From Cenarchaeum sp. (GTDB taxonomy: Archaea > Thermoproteota > Nitrososphaeria > Nitrososphaerales > Nitrosopumilaceae), in assembly GCA_963693095.2 (NCBI GenBank), contig OY843768.1:1664001-1728000 (forward strand): a DNA stretch of 64,000 nt, given 5' to 3'. Below, in pieces: positions 59,806 through 64,000 of this stretch. Positions within the stretch are counted from its first letter, which is position 1, and each line of letters starts with the position of its first letter. The translations under genes and the position numbers were made by a program. Below the pieces are notes generated by a model. It searched no databases. It saw only the letters and a list, made by a program, of their open reading frames with translations, and was not told where the DNA came from.

Positions 59806-60954
59806 ATGGAGGCCCCACAACCCCCAAGGGACGGCTTTGCGCACGGCGGGCGCGCATACCTCAACAACGCCTCCGTCTCGCTCCAGCCCCTAGAGTCCAT
59901 ACGCGCAATGGCCGACTTTGCGACAGAGTACTCCTCGATGGGCCCGGACTCGCTGGCCTCTGAGCCCTTTGTCAAGGAGACGCTCCGCTCGGCGCGCGAG
60001 TCGATCGCCACAGTCATCGGCTGCGAGCGCGACGAGGTCGTCCTGACGCAGAGCACCACTGATGGCATCAACATGGTCGCCGGCGGGCTAGACTTTGGGC
60101 CGGACTCGAACATTGTCATACGCGGCGGCGCGCACGAGCACCACTCCAACTATTACGCGTGGCTGCGCCTCGCGCCGCGAGTCGAGGTTCGCAGCGCGCC
60201 AATCGACGAGCACGGCAGGCTTGAGGACGGCGCGCTTGACTCACTAGTGGACTCGAACACCTCCCTCGTCGCGCTAAGCCATGCGCTCTACAACACTGGG
60301 GCGATCCTGCCGATCGAGGAGATCGGCTCCGAGCTGCGCTCGCGCGGAATCCCGTTCCTAGTTGATGCCGCGCAGACTGTCGGATGCATCGGCGAGCTTG
60401 ACGTGCACAAAATGTCATGCGACTTTATGTCCTTTAACGGCTCAAAGTGGCTCTGCGGCCCGATGGGCACGGGCGTCTTTTACTGCCGGCGCGGCTCTGA
60501 AGATCTCCTCACGCCGCTTGCCGTCGGCGGCGAGTCGGCAATGGTCCACGAGGGCACGATCGTAAACCGCGAGTCGCCGGACAGGTTCCAGGCGGGGTTT
60601 CGCAACTATGCCGGAGTCGCCGGAATGGATGCGGCCGTGCGCCACCTCGCCTCCCACGGCCTCGCGCGCATTCACGACACGGCATCCTCGCTTGCGACAC
60701 GCCTGCGCGAGGCAATATGCGAGATCCCCGGCGCGACAGTCTATGGGCCGCCTGATGCCGATGAGCGCACGAGCATCGTGCCCTTTACGCTTGACGCGCA
60801 TGACCCCAAGGACATTGTGCGGCGCCTCGAGTCGCGAGGAATGGTCCTGGCGGTCCGGGAGATTCTAGACACGCGCGTCGTGCGCGCATCGCCACACTAC
60901 TTCAACACCAAGGAGGAGATCGACGCGCTCGCCGCTGCGCTCGCGACGCTATGA
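59806..60954 (+). CDS. Class V PLP aminotransferase (cysteine desulfurase-like)
   Basis: YLNNAS, EHHSN, VDAAQ, GSKWLCGP, RASPHYFN. Confidence 0.9.
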   Translation: MEAPQPPRDGFAHGGRAYLNNASVSLQPLESIRAMADFATEYSSMGPDSLASEPFVKETLRSARESIATVIGCERDEVVLTQSTTDGINMVAGGLDFGPDSNIVIRGGAHEHHSNYYAWLRLAPRVEVRSAPIDEHGRLEDGALDSLVDSNTSLVALSHALYNTGAILPIEEIGSELRSRGIPFLVDAAQTVGCIGELDVHKMSCDFMSFNGSKWLCGPMGTGVFYCRRGSEDLLTPLAVGGESAMVHEGTIVNRESPDRFQAGFRNYAGVAGMDAAVRHLASHGLARIHDTASSLATRLREAICEIPGATVYGPPDADERTSIVPFTLDAHDPKDIVRRLESRGMVLAVREILDTRVVRASPHYFNTKEEIDALAAALATL

Positions 60955-61212
60955 CTGCGAGCCCTGCTCCTCTATAACCATCATCGTGAGCGTCGACTGG
61001 ACCCTGTTTATGCGCCTCACCTTGCTCGTGATTATGGATCGCAGGCGGGCCGCGTCGTCTGAGGAGAGGCGAAGGACGATGTCATACACGCCATAGACGC
61101 CCTGCATCTCGTACTCTATTCCCTCCTCGCCGTCAAGGCCCTCCTTGAGGGCGGCGATTATCGACTCATCAGAGCCGTGCTCGGAGTTGATCAGCACAAA
61201 GGACACTGGCAC
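60949..61212 (-). CDS. Lrp/AsnC ligand-binding (RAM) domain protein
   Basis: FVLINSE..GVYGVYDIV..VQSTLTMMV. Confidence 0.88.
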   Translation of the reverse strand: MPVSFVLINSEHGSDESIIAALKEGLDGEEGIEYEMQGVYGVYDIVLRLSSDDAARLRSIITSKVRRINRVQSTLTMMVIEEQGSQS

Positions 61213-61332
61213 AGCCGAGGTTAGGGGTGAATCGCTATTTAATCCTTGACCGCTTTGCCGACCCCGCCATGCGCTAGAATCGCCGCACGGCCCCCAAAAG
61301 AGATAAAACGCGCACCGCAGCAGGGGCGCACC

Positions 61333-62691
61333 ATGGAACAACTCGCCGATGCGCCGGGGCACTCAGACCACGAGAACGGCGTCGAGATGGCGCGACTGGG
61401 CAACTATGAGGAGGCCGCCGAGTGCTTTGCGCGGGCCGCTGAGGCCGACGAGTCCAACGCCGAGGCCCACCGCCTCTGCGGCACGTCACTCAACGAGCTG
61501 AGGCGCCACGAGGAGGCCATAATCCACTTTGATGCCGCGCTCGCCGCAGACGAGACGCTCCTCGTCGCGCTCAACGACAAGGGGTATGCGCTATCTCGCC
61601 TCAACCGCCACGAGGAGGCCATGGAATGCTATGACAAGGCAATCAAGCTCGGCCTTGACACGCACGCGACCCACGACAACCGCGGCTATTCGCTCTCAAA
61701 GACCGACCGCCACGAGGATGCCATAAAGTCATTTGAGATCGCAATCGAGCGTGACAGCACGCACGCCGGAACGTACAACAGGCGCGGCTACTCGCTCTCC
61801 GTTCTGGGCCGCCACGAGGAGGCCATCGAGTCATTTGACATCGCGATCTCCACAGATCCAAACCACGCGGGCTCGCACAGCAACCGCGGCCATGCGCTAT
61901 CTCGCCTCGGCCGCCACGAGGAGGCCATCGAGTCATTCGATCGCGCGATCGAGATCAGCCCGCGACACTCTGGCACGTTCAACAACCGCGGCCACGCGCT
62001 CGCCGTTCTGGGCCGCCATGCCGAGGCCGTCGACTCGTTTGATCGCGCAATAGCACTCGGCTCGGCGCATGCCGGCACGCTAAACAACAAGGGCCACTCG
62101 CTCTCAAAGCTCGGGCGCTACGAGGAGTCACTCGAGTGCTATGACGCCGCAATCGCAAAGCGCCCGCGCCACGCCGGCATACTAAACAACCGCGGCTTTA
62201 CGCTCGCGCGCCTCGGGCGCCACGAGGAGGCAGTCGAGTGCTTTAATGCGGCCCTGGATGCCGGCACGCCGCACCTGGGCACGCTAAACAACAAGGGCAG
62301 GTCGCTCTCGCGCCTCGGCGACTATGAGGGCGCACTCGCGTGCTTTGATCTCGCCCTAGAGGCCTCGCCAGAGAACTATCACGCCAACAACAACAAGGCC
62401 CACGTGCTCGCGCGCCTCGGCCGCCACGAGGATGCCATCGCGTCATTTGACGCGGCCATAGAGTCAAACCCGCGTGACCACAGCGCGCACAACGGCAAGG
62501 GCCACTCGCTCTCAAAGCTCGGCCGCCACGAGGAGGCCGCCGAGTGCTATATGCGCGTCATCAAGGTGCGCGATGACGACTATGTCGCGCACAGCAGCCT
62601 CGCAAGAACGTTCTCCATTCTCGGCAGGGCCGAGGAGGCCTCGCACCACGAGGAGCGGGCCGCCGAGCTCGACCCCACGAGGGGCGGCTAG
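61333..62691 (+). CDS. TPR repeat protein (~13 repeats)
   Basis: 34-aa repeats NNKG.SLS.LGRHEEA..FD.AI. Confidence 0.93.
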   Translation: MEQLADAPGHSDHENGVEMARLGNYEEAAECFARAAEADESNAEAHRLCGTSLNELRRHEEAIIHFDAALAADETLLVALNDKGYALSRLNRHEEAMECYDKAIKLGLDTHATHDNRGYSLSKTDRHEDAIKSFEIAIERDSTHAGTYNRRGYSLSVLGRHEEAIESFDIAISTDPNHAGSHSNRGHALSRLGRHEEAIESFDRAIEISPRHSGTFNNRGHALAVLGRHAEAVDSFDRAIALGSAHAGTLNNKGHSLSKLGRYEESLECYDAAIAKRPRHAGILNNRGFTLARLGRHEEAVECFNAALDAGTPHLGTLNNKGRSLSRLGDYEGALACFDLALEASPENYHANNNKAHVLARLGRHEDAIASFDAAIESNPRDHSAHNGKGHSLSKLGRHEEAAECYMRVIKVRDDDYVAHSSLARTFSILGRAEEASHHEERAAELDPTRGG

Positions 62692-62699
62692 GTCACGCG

Positions 62700-63347
62700 A
62701 TGCGTCGACGCGCAGTCATTGACCTGACGATGCGCATCTCCTCGCGCCTTCCGGCCTTTCCGGGCTCGCCGCCGGTTCACGTGATACAGTGGGCCTCACC
62801 AGACACTGACGGGTACGCCCTCGAGCTAGTCGCGATGAGCACGCACACGGGCACGCACATTGATGCGCCGTACCACTTTGATGCCCATGGGGCCAGGGTT
62901 GATGACATTGTGCCCTCGCGCCTAGTCGGGCCGGCCCGCCTCATGCGCGCGCCAAAGCGGCGGGGCCGGTGCGTCAGTGCTGCCGAGATCGAGTCATTTG
63001 AGCAGGCACACGGGAGGCTCGAGCGCGCCTCGCGCCTCGTCATCGAGACGCAATGGAGCTCGCATCTCGGCCCGCGATACTTTGAGCGCAGTCCGGGCCT
63101 GGACGCCGATGCCGCACGCCTCCTTGCGCGCCGCCGCGTCGGCATGGTCGGAATCGACTCGCCTAGCATCGATGCGGGCGATTCAGAGTCGTTTCTTGCT
63201 CACAAGAGCCTTGCGCGCGCCGGCTCAGTCATAGTCGAGAACCTCTGCAACCTGCACCGCATCAGCGAGCCCGCATTTGAGATCGCAGTCCTGCCCCTCC
63301 TCCTTGCACGCGCTTCAGGCGCACCGGCGCGCGCAGTCGCGCTCTAG
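62700..63347 (+). CDS. Cyclase / kynurenine formamidase family protein
   Basis: HTGTHIDAPYH, GIDSPSID, IVENL, GAPARAVA. Confidence 0.9.
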   Translation: MRRRAVIDLTMRISSRLPAFPGSPPVHVIQWASPDTDGYALELVAMSTHTGTHIDAPYHFDAHGARVDDIVPSRLVGPARLMRAPKRRGRCVSAAEIESFEQAHGRLERASRLVIETQWSSHLGPRYFERSPGLDADAARLLARRRVGMVGIDSPSIDAGDSESFLAHKSLARAGSVIVENLCNLHRISEPAFEIAVLPLLLARASGAPARAVAL

Positions 63348-64000
63348 CGCAGGACCCTGAGCCGAGTCGGCGCATACGACGGCGCCGGCGCGCCATCTAT
63401 GGGAACGGCCTCGCCGCACGCGCACGTGTTGCCCTCGCCTAGGCGCCACTCCTCTATCGAGAACGCGCCCCTCCTGACTGCGATCTCGCCGCACGACGCG
63501 CAGTACGTGTGCTCTAGGGCGTGGCCGCCCACGTTGCCGACATACGCATAGCGCAGGCCGACGTCTACAGCTATGGCGTGGTGCGCCTCTAGCGTGGCCA
63601 CCGGAGTCGGCGGAACGTCGCGCATCTTGTAGTCCGGATGAAACGCCAAAAAGTGGATAGGCGTGTCAGCCCCGAGCTCGTCGTGGACAAACTCGCAGAG
63701 GCGCCTGCAGTGCCCCGCGTCATCGCCGATGCCGGGCACCACTAGGTCAGTAATCTCTACGTGGATGTCTGTCGTGTCCCTTATGCGCAGCAGCGTCTCA
63801 AAGATCGGCGCGGGGTCTGGCACGCCGATGTGTTTTCTCATGAACTCTGGCTCTGCGTTCCCCTTGAAATCCACGGTGATGCAGTCGAGGAACTCGCGCA
63901 TCATGGCGACTGACTGTGGCGTGTCATACCCGTTGGAGACGAACACGTTGTAGAGGCCGCGCCTGTGGGCCTCGATGCCGCAGTCGCGCGCGAACTCGAT
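63344..64000 (-). CDS. AmmeMemoRadiSam radical SAM enzyme (3' part; 5' end beyond window)
   Basis: VFVSNGY, VDFKG, HVEITDLVVPG, FHPDY, YVGNV..HTYC..C. Confidence 0.85.
   Translation of the reverse strand: MEFARDCGIEAHRRGLYNVFVSNGYDTPQSVAMMREFLDCITVDFKGNAEPEFMRKHIGVPDPAPIFETLLRIRDTTDIHVEITDLVVPGIGDDAGHCRRLCEFVHDELGADTPIHFLAFHPDYKMRDVPPTPVATLEAHHAIAVDVGLRYAYVGNVGGHALEHTYCASCGEIAVRRGAFSIEEWRLGEGNTCACGEAVPIDGAPAPSYAPTRLRVLR

Overview
High-GC archaeal DNA of Nitrososphaerota (Thaumarchaeota, Nitrosopumilaceae/Cenarchaeum-like; a symbiont lifestyle is inference only). Support: PolD DP1/DP2, Orc1/Cdc6 with an ORB-containing origin, CdvB/ESCRT-III, GINS, GGGP synthase, thermosome, cbi genes and a CFI-box-CTERM protein. 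Core genes are interrupted by several accessory patches. (1) An island at 1-6.7 kb carries two putative R-S-E ADP-ribosyltransferase paralogs, three copies of a small winged-helix gene and a phage-type adenine methyltransferase split by an IS630. (2) Three AT-rich DUF3800 (RNase H-like) genes in two loci are accompanied by five copies of an ~80-nt covarying two-hairpin element. Each copy lies on the opposite strand with a TATA-like box exactly 31 nt upstream; this is the best candidate for a new protein-ncRNA system. (3) A ~112-bp MITE family (6 copies, 8-bp TSD with an empty site in the window). (4) An IS481 with a 15-bp TSD. (5) A duplicated module of a degenerate ATPase plus a membrane protein. 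Next to oriC, a membrane-anchored wHTH gene sits in a dense cloud of TGTGA/TCACA motifs. All calls come from reading the sequence by eye; no database searches were run.
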